From contig DASTIG010000259.1 in NCBI GenBank assembly GCA_035717785.1, positions 11,316 through 75,315 on the forward strand: a stretch of 64,000 nt of DNA, read 5' to 3'. The notes under the pieces are model-generated. The model did no database searches and had not been told where the DNA came from. It saw only the letters and a program-made list of their open reading frames with translations. The position numbers and the translations under genes are program-made. The stretch's first letter is position 1. The number at the start of each line of letters is the position of its first letter. The DNA comes from Candidatus Limnocylindrales bacterium. GTDB lineage: Bacteria > Chloroflexota > Limnocylindria > Limnocylindrales > CSP1-4. Shown in pieces: positions 9,601 to 17,615 of the stretch.

Positions 9601-10518
9601 TTATGGCAGCAATGAGCGGAGCGCGAAGGCGACGTTGGCGGGTCGTTCGGCCAGCCGGCGCATATACCACGGATACCAGGCCTCACCGTAGGCGATGAGC
9701 GTCTGGACGCGAAAGCCGGCCTTGGCGAGTCGATATTGCTCCCGCGCGCGGATCCCGTACAGCATCTCGACCTCGAACCCACCCTTCGGGACACCGGCCG
9801 GGTCGACCTGCTCGGCGATCTGCTCGATAAGCGCCACGTCGTGGGTCCCGAGCCCGAGGCGGATCGGGTGGCCGCGCCCGGTCTTGAGGAAGTCGACCGC
9901 CAGGGCGAGATAGCTGGCGTCGACCTGGCGCTTGTCGCGATAGGCGATCGACTCCGGCTCGTCGTACGCGCCCTTGACGAGGCGGATCGCCGGGTGAAGC
10001 GGCCGCAGCCGCTCGACGTCGGAGGGCGTGCGCTTGAGGTAGGCCTGGAGGCAGATCCCGGTCCTGGGCTGGACGGCGCGCAGCCGCTCATAGAGCGAGA
10101 TCGTCGCCTCGACGTAGTCGCTGCCCTCCATGTCGATCCAGAGGTAGGAGCCGATCGCCGCGGCCTTCTCGGCCAGGCGCGTGAGGTGGGCGAGCGTCCG
10201 GTCCGGGTCGTGATCGAGTCCGAGCTGGGTCGGCTTGACCGACACCTCCCCGCGATACCCGCGGCCAGCGATCGCGTCGAAGACAGCGATGTAGTGGTCC
10301 GCGACCGCGTCGGCCTCGTCCAGGCTGGCGAGGTTTTCGCCGAGTCGCGTGTACATCGTCCCGATGCCAGCTGCCTCGAGCGGCGCGGCGGCGTCGAGTG
10401 CCGAGTCGAGGGTCTCGCCCGGCATGAACTTCCGGACAGCCCTCTTCATGAACCGGAACTGCGGGAGCCGGGTCTTCAGCCAGCTATTGCGGGCCGCCCA
10501 CAGGAACACGCGGCGCAT
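9601..10518 (-). CDS. Proline dehydrogenase
   Basis: The C-terminal 305 aa of track ORF 9601..11376 match the PRODH family (AYLKRTPSDVERL, AIRLVKGAYDEP). The N-terminal 286 aa of that ORF are an R/G-rich antisense artefact overlapping the SDR gene. TGATG coupling to the SDR stop. Confidence 0.75.
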   Translation of the reverse strand: MRRVFLWAARNSWLKTRLPQFRFMKRAVRKFMPGETLDSALDAAAPLEAAGIGTMYTRLGENLASLDEADAVADHYIAVFDAIAGRGYRGEVSVKPTQLGLDHDPDRTLAHLTRLAEKAAAIGSYLWIDMEGSDYVEATISLYERLRAVQPRTGICLQAYLKRTPSDVERLRPLHPAIRLVKGAYDEPESIAYRDKRQVDASYLALAVDFLKTGRGHPIRLGLGTHDVALIEQIAEQVDPAGVPKGGFEVEMLYGIRAREQYRLAKAGFRVQTLIAYGEAWYPWYMRRLAERPANVAFALRSLLP

Positions 10519-11288
10519 CAGGGCAGGGCCTTCACCATGCCGCCATCGACCGGGACGATGGCGCCGGTCACGTACGACGCCGCCGGCGACAGCATGAAGG
10601 CACCGAAACGGCCGATCTCCGCCGGATCGCCGTAGCGCCCGAGCGGGATGCGGTCGATCACACTCTGCCGGACCGCCTCCTGGGTCGTCCCGGTGCGGGC
10701 CGCGGTGACCACCTCCACCTCGATAGCCCGGGCAGTCTGGATGCGTCCGGGTGTGAGGCCGTTGATCCGCACCGGGGAGATCTCGGCGGTCAGCGCCTTG
10801 ATCAACCCGGCGAGCCCCGGGCGGATGGTGTTGGATGCCACCAGGCCGGGGATCGGCTCGCGCGCGGACGACGACAGGATCACGAGGATCGACGGTCGCT
10901 CGCTTGCGCGGAGATGTGGCAGCGCGGCGCGGATGAGACGGACGGCGCTGAGGAGAGTGCCATCGATGGCGCGCTGCCAGCCGTCCTCGTCCAGCTCCTC
11001 GAACGTGCCGGGTGGTGGGCCGCCGGAGTTCACGAGCAGCAGGTCGAGCCCGCCGAACGCGGCTCCAACCCGGTCGACGCAGGCCGCCGGGCCGGCGGGC
11101 GTCCCGAGATCGACGCCGGCGGCGATCGCGCCCGGGATCGTCGAGGTTGCCGCATCGAGCTTCTCGGATGGGCGAGCAGCAAGCGCCACCCGCGCCCCCT
11201 CGGCACCGAGCGCGGTGGCGATGGCGAGGCCGATCCCGCTCGATCCTCCGGTGATCAGGGCGCGCGCGCCGTCCAGACCGAGATCCAT
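10518..11288 (-). CDS. SDR-family oxidoreductase
   Basis: TGGSSGIGLAIA Rossmann motif. Start reset to the internal ATG (MDLGLDGARALITGG). Confidence 0.75.
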   Translation of the reverse strand: MDLGLDGARALITGGSSGIGLAIATALGAEGARVALAARPSEKLDAATSTIPGAIAAGVDLGTPAGPAACVDRVGAAFGGLDLLLVNSGGPPPGTFEELDEDGWQRAIDGTLLSAVRLIRAALPHLRASERPSILVILSSSAREPIPGLVASNTIRPGLAGLIKALTAEISPVRINGLTPGRIQTARAIEVEVVTAARTGTTQEAVRQSVIDRIPLGRYGDPAEIGRFGAFMLSPAASYVTGAIVPVDGGMVKALP

Positions 11289-11417
11289 CCGAGTCGGTTC
11301 CTCCTCCAGCGCCGCCGTCCGACCGGCCTGCGCTGACCGCTCGATGGTACGCGAAGGCAACACCTTCACGGAGCATCAGGAGGCCATCCCTCGCGGGTGG
11401 GGCTAGAATCGCCGCCG

Positions 11418-11828
11418 ATGACCAAGTTCTTCGATATCGACGCCGCCAACGAGGCCCTGGTCGAGGTCGGGCCGTTGCTCGCTACGCTCGCCGACCAGCG
11501 CGCCGAGCTGATCCGGCTGCGTGACCAAGCGCTCGCCGCGCACACGGCTGCGTCGACCGGCGGACCCGCCGGGCTCGACGAGGACGAGGCACAGCGGATC
11601 CGGCTCCGGATGCAGGGCATCGTCGACCAGATGGCCGCGGCCGTGGCGCGCATCGACGGCCTGGGGATCACGCTGCGAGATATCGAGAGTGGCCTGATCG
11701 ACTTCCCGGCTCTCGCGGGCGGCCGCCAGGTCTGGCTGTGCTGGGAGCTAGGCGAGGATGACGTGGCGTTCTGGCATGAGCTGGACACCGGGTTCGAGTC
11801 GCGACGACCGCTCATCGAGCTCGTATGA
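11418..11828 (+). CDS. DUF2203-family protein
   Basis: MTKFFDIDAANEALVEV...GREVWLCWELGEDDVAFWHE pattern. The ATG at 11418 was chosen over the upstream GTG. Confidence 0.55.
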   Translation: MTKFFDIDAANEALVEVGPLLATLADQRAELIRLRDQALAAHTAASTGGPAGLDEDEAQRIRLRMQGIVDQMAAAVARIDGLGITLRDIESGLIDFPALAGGRQVWLCWELGEDDVAFWHELDTGFESRRPLIELV

Positions 11829-12244
11829 ACGAACGCCAGGTCGTGGTCGGGACCGATGGCCGCGCCAAGGCGTATCGACCCCTGCCGGCTGACGCGCGCA
11901 TCGCCGCGGTGCGCGCCGGTCTCGAGGCCTACGCGGCCGGTGACTATTTCGAGGCACACGAGCTGATGGAGCCTGCCTGGATGGGCACAGCCGACCTGGC
12001 CGAGCGATCCCTGATCCAAGGGCTGATCAAGGTGGCCGCCGCGGACGTCCATGCGGTCCGCGGCAACCCGGCCGGCGTCCGACGGAACCTCGAAGGCGCA
12101 CGCGATCGACTGCGATCCGGCGCGACAGGATCGATCACCGGCGTCGAGCTGGACGTCGTCGGGCTCCTGGCCGCGATCGACGAGCGACTCGCCCGCTCGA
12201 CCGGCCTCGAGACGCCCATCTCGATCGACTGGAGGACACGATGA
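11825..12244 (+). CDS. DUF309-family protein
   Basis: AGDYFEAHELMEPAWM motif. ATGA overlap with the upstream gene. Confidence 0.55.
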   Translation: MNERQVVVGTDGRAKAYRPLPADARIAAVRAGLEAYAAGDYFEAHELMEPAWMGTADLAERSLIQGLIKVAAADVHAVRGNPAGVRRNLEGARDRLRSGATGSITGVELDVVGLLAAIDERLARSTGLETPISIDWRTR

Positions 12245-12609
12245 ACGCTGGCCCGCCGATCCCGGCGATCGATGTGGCGGAGGCCGAGCGGCGCCTCCGC
12301 GAGGACCCCGATCGATCGTTGCTCGTCGACGTGCGTGAGGAGAACGAGTTCGTCGACGTCCGTGCGCCAGGAGCGGTGTTATTGCCGATGTCGACGTTCG
12401 CGGCACGGGTCGGAGAGCTGCCCCAGGACCGACCGCTCATGATCGTGTGCCATCTCGGCGGCCGGTCCTTGGCCGCCGCCGGGTTCCTGATCCGGTCCGG
12501 CCGGTCCGATGTGGTCAACGTGACCGGCGGGATGGATGCCTGGGAGCGGGGCGGCCTGCCGGTCCGCCGCGGCACGCCCGATCCTGGCGAGGGCGACCTC
12601 CCCGGCTAG
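12241..12609 (+). CDS. Rhodanese-domain sulfurtransferase
   Basis: VDVREENEF...IVCHLGGRS active-site Cys loop. ATGA overlap with the upstream gene. Confidence 0.75.
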   Translation: MNAGPPIPAIDVAEAERRLREDPDRSLLVDVREENEFVDVRAPGAVLLPMSTFAARVGELPQDRPLMIVCHLGGRSLAAAGFLIRSGRSDVVNVTGGMDAWERGGLPVRRGTPDPGEGDLPG

Positions 12610-12882
12610 ACCAGCTCGGTCGGCGTGTCTGCGCGTGGTGTCGTTATCCGCGCCGCCGCGGGCTTTCACCCGTTTATGCACATGGGCCGCATCAGGCCGA
12701 GGCGAGAAGTCGCCGGGAGATGGCCTGCTTGGGCTGAGGTGTGGTCTCGCGTCTGGCGCGACCTCCTGCCGGCTCCGATCCGCAGCCCGTGATGCGGCCC
12801 GTAGGCATCTACGAAGTACGCGGCGGTCGGCGACGGAAACGGGGCATCAGCGGCGGGAGCGCCACCGCCGGGCTCGTGACCT

Positions 12883-14346
12883 CTACCGGCCCCGGCGGAC
12901 CACCCGGGAAATCAGCGCGCGGGCCTGCGGCTTGTGGGCGTACGCCCACCCGATGAGGATCAGGAGCACGAAGGTCACCGTGCCGGCGCCGGCCGCGTTG
13001 GCGTAGCCGAGCTGCTGGCCGATCTCACCGTCGATCTTCAGGCCCGGGACGGTCGCGCCGAACGGGCCGAGTTGGAAGAACGGGCTCTGGGGCGACGTAT
13101 TCGCACGAAGGCTGGACGTCACGACGCCGGCGGCCGTCTCACCGCCGGTGATGATCACGTTGGGGCCCGTCACGAAGGAGCTGCCCCCGGTCATCCCGAC
13201 GGGCAGGTCGCTGACCGGCAGATGCTTCCACTCGGTGATCGTCCCGTTGTTCTCCGGGATCGACCAATAGAGCTCGGTCTTGGGGCCCTCGTTATCTGCG
13301 CCGCCGACCAGATACAGCGTCCCGTTGGCGGTCCAGCCTGCGGGATCGTCGCGAGCCGCCGGCAGGTTCCAGGCGTTGTCGATATCCCACTTGACGACCT
13401 TGCCCTCGTCCGCGTTCACCGGGAACCCTTCCGGGGCCTCGAGGCCGACCGTGCCTCGCTGGACCGCCCCGACCGGGCCGGCCTCGTCATGGCCGCCGTA
13501 TACCAGGACGAAATCGCCGACGATCGCGGCGATGGCGTCCGTCTGCGGCCTCGCCAGCGCGGCTTCAGTCTCCCATACGCCGAGGACGCCCTTGGCGTCG
13601 AGCAGGCTCTTGTATGTCGTCGTGACGGGACCGTCCGGGCCTTCGCCGCCGATGAGCAGCAACCCATCGGGCGCGGCCACGCCAGCCGCCCCGCCACGCG
13701 CCTCGGGCAGCGCCAGGCCTTCGACTGGCGTCCAATCCGGCAGCACGCTGGTCTGCGGGTCGGGCGTCATCGAGAACACCGTTGTCGTCGGTGCACCCTC
13801 GGCGTCGAAGCCCCCGATCACATAGACCGTGCCGGACACGGCGACCACGCTTGCATCGGTCCGCGGCTCGGGCAGCGGCGGACCCTCCTGCCACGCGTCG
13901 AAGTTGCCGGTGCCTGACAGCTCCGCCACGAACACGGTCGACTGTGCGGTCGTGCCGTCTGAGCCGCCGATGTAGAGGATCTTCGTGCCGAGCTGGATCG
14001 CGGTGCCATCGGTCCGGGCAGCCGGAAGTGCAAGATCGGCCGGCGACTCGTGCCACGGCACGATGGCGCCACGCGGCGCCGGGCACGGGAGCGACTCGTT
14101 CTCGGACGAGCAGAAGTTGATGGGTGACCACACGAGCAGGCCGAGGTCGACCGTACGGTTGACTGTCAGGTAGTACGCCCGATCCGGGATGTAGCCCAGC
14201 AACAGGATGATGATCACCAACCAGACGAAGGCCTTGATGCTGGCCCACGTCCAGCTGTCGGCATCGAGCAGGCCGAAGAGTGCCCGCCTCTTCGGCACGA
14301 TCGTCCCGGGCCCGAGGGCAGGACGCGTGGTCCCGGTGGCGCTCAT
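12883..14346 (-). CDS. Kelch-repeat / galactose-oxidase-like beta-propeller membrane protein
   Basis: N-terminal TM helix (FVWLVIIILLLGYI), repeated GG..DG..T blades (LYIGGSDG, VYVIGGFD, LLLIGGEG, VLVYGGHDE, LYLVGGADNEG, IITGGE), and a C-terminal TM helix. ATGA overlap with the cytochrome c gene stop. Confidence 0.65.
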   Translation of the reverse strand: MSATGTTRPALGPGTIVPKRRALFGLLDADSWTWASIKAFVWLVIIILLLGYIPDRAYYLTVNRTVDLGLLVWSPINFCSSENESLPCPAPRGAIVPWHESPADLALPAARTDGTAIQLGTKILYIGGSDGTTAQSTVFVAELSGTGNFDAWQEGPPLPEPRTDASVVAVSGTVYVIGGFDAEGAPTTTVFSMTPDPQTSVLPDWTPVEGLALPEARGGAAGVAAPDGLLLIGGEGPDGPVTTTYKSLLDAKGVLGVWETEAALARPQTDAIAAIVGDFVLVYGGHDEAGPVGAVQRGTVGLEAPEGFPVNADEGKVVKWDIDNAWNLPAARDDPAGWTANGTLYLVGGADNEGPKTELYWSIPENNGTITEWKHLPVSDLPVGMTGGSSFVTGPNVIITGGETAAGVVTSSLRANTSPQSPFFQLGPFGATVPGLKIDGEIGQQLGYANAAGAGTVTFVLLILIGWAYAHKPQARALISRVVRRGR

Positions 14347-15434
14347 TCGGCCGTGAGAGTGCCGGTCATGTTCGGGTGGACTGAGCAGACGAACGGATAG
14401 TCACCCGCGGCGAGCGCCGGGACGTTGTAGTCCGCCTCGGCGACGCCCGTGATGATGTCGCCCCGAACGACGACCTGACCGCTGGAGTCGTTGACCTGGA
14501 CGTTGTGCGCCACGCCGTTCTCGTCGTTGGCGAAATGGATGACGAAGGCCTCGTCAGCGGGCGCGGTCGCGGTGCTCTGGTCGAAGGCACTGCTCGAGCT
14601 CGTCGAGATCTCGACGACCGTGGCATTCGGATCCGGCGTGGCGGCGGGCGACGTGCCAGGCGACGGGCTCGCGCCGCCGGTGAGCGCATCGAGGTAACAA
14701 TCCGGGTAGGGCGTCGCCTCGGGAGCGGGCTTGTAGTTCGGGTCGCGCCAGCCCGTGAAGGTGATGACCTGACCAGTGATCGGGTCCTTCTTCGGATCGA
14801 GCAGATGCTCGTCCCGGACGATGTAGGTCTGGTCGTTGGTCGCGAGCAGGAACGCGATGAGCTCCTCGATCTGGCGATAGTTGAGCGGCCCGGCCGGATT
14901 GCCCGTGTCCGACCAGATCGGCATCTTGGATAGCGGGTTACCGCAGACATAGCGGCCACCGACGGTCAGCACATTCCGGATGTACGCCTCGTTGAGGTGG
15001 CTGAACAGCTTCTCCTGGCTGTTGAGGGTCGGGCCCTCCCCGCCCTCGCCGTCCACGCCGTGACAGCGCGCGCAATTCGCCTCGTAGATCAGATAGCCGC
15101 GCTCGACCCTGGCGACCTGCTGGGCGTCGATCTCCATGGCCTGACGCGAGGTCGTGAGCCCGCCCGGGGTGCCCAGCTCGTAGAACCAGTACAGCGAGAT
15201 GAACAGGATGATGACGACCAGCGCGAGGAAGCCGACCCAGCGTGCGTTGGCCGACTGGCGAACGACCTGGGCAGCCCGTTCCGGTGTGAACTCGATCCTG
15301 CGGATCGACGGTGGCGCGGTGAACCGGTCGACCGGTGCCACCTCGTCCGGCGGACGAACGGCAGGCAGGCGCTGCTCGGGCTCGCGTCCCTCGGGCTCGC
15401 GCCCCTCGGGCTCGCGTCCGGGCGTATCGGTCAT
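14343..15434 (-). CDS. Membrane-anchored mono-haem cytochrome c fused to a type-1 copper cupredoxin domain
   Basis: One TM helix, CARCH haem-binding site, SKMPIW Met-ligand region, and a C-terminal cupredoxin (VAHN ... CSVHPNM, i.e. C-x2-H-x2-M). Start reset to the ATG at 15434 (MTDTPGREPEGREPEGREPE) because the track ORF start overlaps the Rieske gene. Confidence 0.75.
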   Translation of the reverse strand: MTDTPGREPEGREPEGREPEQRLPAVRPPDEVAPVDRFTAPPSIRRIEFTPERAAQVVRQSANARWVGFLALVVIILFISLYWFYELGTPGGLTTSRQAMEIDAQQVARVERGYLIYEANCARCHGVDGEGGEGPTLNSQEKLFSHLNEAYIRNVLTVGGRYVCGNPLSKMPIWSDTGNPAGPLNYRQIEELIAFLLATNDQTYIVRDEHLLDPKKDPITGQVITFTGWRDPNYKPAPEATPYPDCYLDALTGGASPSPGTSPAATPDPNATVVEISTSSSSAFDQSTATAPADEAFVIHFANDENGVAHNVQVNDSSGQVVVRGDIITGVAEADYNVPALAAGDYPFVCSVHPNMTGTLTAE

Positions 15435-15474
15435 CGGTCCCCTCGAGCGGTCGGGTCGATCACGCGCATGCCGT

Positions 15475-16149
15475 TCAGATGCAGCCGGTCGGGGTGCGCG
15501 GTGGGATGATGCCCGGCTGCCCGAGCGCGACGGGGAGTGGCCCCAGGGTGATCTTGCCGGTATCGATCGAGAGGACGCCGCCGCCAGAGACCGAGATCGA
15601 GAACCGGTCCATACCGCGCGGCGCCGGGCCGTACTGCGCACCGTCGGCCTTGATCCCGAGCCGGTCGTAGCGCGACCCGTGACAAGGGCACTCCAGCCAG
15701 AAGTTCTTCAGGCATGGGTTGGGTTTGCAGCCCAGGTGTGGGCAGCGCTGGTAGAGGGCCCGCACGTTGAGCGCAGATCCCTCGCCGCTGGTGTCCTCGC
15801 CGGCGACGAACCGCTGCTGGGCCGGGTCCTTGAGGATCACGAACGCCCTGGCCTCGGGGAAGTAGGCCGGGAAACCCTCCGCGATCGGCAGCGTGCTGTT
15901 GAGCGTCTTGACCTCGTCGAGCGTGCCGATCCGCAGGACGCCGCCGAAGCCCTTGCGGAGGCTGGGCCAGGCGAACGCCAGCGTGCCGGCCAGCGCCTCG
16001 AGGGTGCCGAGCGCGATCCCCGCTCCGAGCGCGACGCGCATCAGCCGCCGCCGGGACATGCCCTGCACCTGTTCCTTGCGCAGCGACTTGATGGCCTCGG
16101 ATGTCAGGGCGGCGGGCTGGGCGGCCGGTTCGACATGGTAATTGCTCAT
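15475..16149 (-). CDS. Rieske [2Fe-2S] protein with a twin-arginine signal
   Basis: SRRRLMRVALGAG Tat motif; CPHLGC and CPCHGS Rieske boxes. Confidence 0.9.
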   Translation of the reverse strand: MSNYHVEPAAQPAALTSEAIKSLRKEQVQGMSRRRLMRVALGAGIALGTLEALAGTLAFAWPSLRKGFGGVLRIGTLDEVKTLNSTLPIAEGFPAYFPEARAFVILKDPAQQRFVAGEDTSGEGSALNVRALYQRCPHLGCKPNPCLKNFWLECPCHGSRYDRLGIKADGAQYGPAPRGMDRFSISVSGGGVLSIDTGKITLGPLPVALGQPGIIPPRTPTGCI

Positions 16150-16156
16150 GGCGGTC

Positions 16157-16759
16157 CTACAGCGAGAAGTACATGCCAGGGGCGGTCACGAACGGGATGA
16201 CGAACGTGTAGCCCGGGCCACGGAAGAAGATCCCGACGAACGTCAGGACCAGGCCGAGGATGCAGAACAGCGTGAACAGGACCACCGCCGTCTTTCGCTG
16301 GGACGGCCGCGTGACCAGGATGTCGCCGCGATCGACATAGGGGATGAGTGCCGCCCCGACGAGCACGAAGGTCGGCGCGAGGACGCCTGCCACGACCGGA
16401 TGCAGGTAAGCCAGAAGCTCCTGGAGTCCGAGGAAGTACCACGGCGCCTTGGCGACGGCCGGAGTGACATTGCCGTTCGCCAGCTCCTCCAGCGGCGCGT
16501 TGATGAACAGCCCCATGAGCAGCAGGAAGATCGACATCACGCCGGCTGCCAGGAACTCGATCGACAGCAGGTGCGGCCAGGTCATGACCGTGTCGTCCGG
16601 TTCCTTCTGGACCCGGACGACCGCGTCCTGCTTGACGAGCGCGAGCAGCCGATACGGCCGCGCCGACATCGGCACGCGCTGCTTGTCGATCTCGGTCCGC
16701 CGTGCCGGGTCGACGGGCAACACCTCGCGCCGGGTGGTCGGATCCTTGGTATCGGTCAT
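16157..16759 (-). CDS. Cytochrome b C-terminal domain / subunit IV of a b6f-type complex
   Basis: Three TM helices and KAPWYFLGLQELL (PEWY-type motif). Confidence 0.8.
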   Translation of the reverse strand: MTDTKDPTTRREVLPVDPARRTEIDKQRVPMSARPYRLLALVKQDAVVRVQKEPDDTVMTWPHLLSIEFLAAGVMSIFLLLMGLFINAPLEELANGNVTPAVAKAPWYFLGLQELLAYLHPVVAGVLAPTFVLVGAALIPYVDRGDILVTRPSQRKTAVVLFTLFCILGLVLTFVGIFFRGPGYTFVIPFVTAPGMYFSL

Positions 16760-16886
16760 CCCAACCGCCTCGCAATCTCCGGACCGCTAGGACGGCCGAG
16801 GCGAAGGCGCCGCCGAGCAGCGCGAGCGAGCGCACCTCGAGGTGCGTGAGCGAGTGCGCGGAGGCGGCAACGCACGCGTCGGTCGC

Positions 16887-17615
16887 TCATAGCGGGCCGG
16901 AGATCCCGCCGTCTTTGCGGATCCGCCAAAAGTGCACCGTAAGGAAGATGGCCGCGATGAGCGGCAAGAACACGACATGTCCCACATAGAACCGTATCAA
17001 TGTGTTCTGGCCGACTTCGACGCCGCCGAGGAGGATTCGATTGACCGGCGTGTTGAAGATCGGGACGTAGCCACCCATGTTCGTGCCGATCGTGATGGCC
17101 CAGAAGGCGATCTGGTCCCACGGCAGCAGGTAGCCCGTGAAGCTCAGCATGATCGTGAGGAAGAGCAGGACGACCCCGACGACCCAGTTGAACTCGCGCG
17201 GCGGCTTGTAGGCCCCGTGGTAGAAGACCCGCATCATGTGCAGGAACACGAAGAACACCATGAGGTGGGCGCCCCACCGATGGACGTTCCGGGTCAGCAG
17301 CCCGAACGTGACTTCGCTCTGGATCTCGAGGATGTTGGTGTACGCCAGGGTCGCCGATGGGACGTAGAAGAACATCAGGTACACGCCGGTCACGGTCAGG
17401 ACGAGGAACAGGAAGAACGACAGTCCGCCGAGGCAGAACGTGTAGGCGAACTTGACCGCGTGCTGGCGGACGCGGACCGGGTGGATGTGCAGGAAGACGT
17501 TGTTCATGACCGCGTACGCGCGCGAACGCTCGTCCCGCGGGTAGGGCTGCCGGAAGAGGGACCGCCAGACCGGGCTACGCCGGATCGTCTGGTCGACCCG
17601 CTCCAGGAAACTCAC
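16887..17615 (-). CDS. Cytochrome b6 (N-terminal four-helix haem-binding domain of split cytochrome b)
   Basis: HRWGAHLMVFFVFLHMMRVFYHGAYK and LPWDQIAFWAITIGT with conserved His ligands. ATGA overlap with the upstream flavoprotein stop. Confidence 0.85.
   Translation of the reverse strand: MSFLERVDQTIRRSPVWRSLFRQPYPRDERSRAYAVMNNVFLHIHPVRVRQHAVKFAYTFCLGGLSFFLFLVLTVTGVYLMFFYVPSATLAYTNILEIQSEVTFGLLTRNVHRWGAHLMVFFVFLHMMRVFYHGAYKPPREFNWVVGVVLLFLTIMLSFTGYLLPWDQIAFWAITIGTNMGGYVPIFNTPVNRILLGGVEVGQNTLIRFYVGHVVFLPLIAAIFLTVHFWRIRKDGGISGPL

Noticed and set aside
9601-11376. 591-aa track ORF read as one protein
   Set aside because: Only the C-terminal 305 aa match proline dehydrogenase. The N-terminal 286 aa are Arg/Gly-rich with no motifs and lie antisense over the SDR gene, so the gene was trimmed to the internal ATG at 10518.
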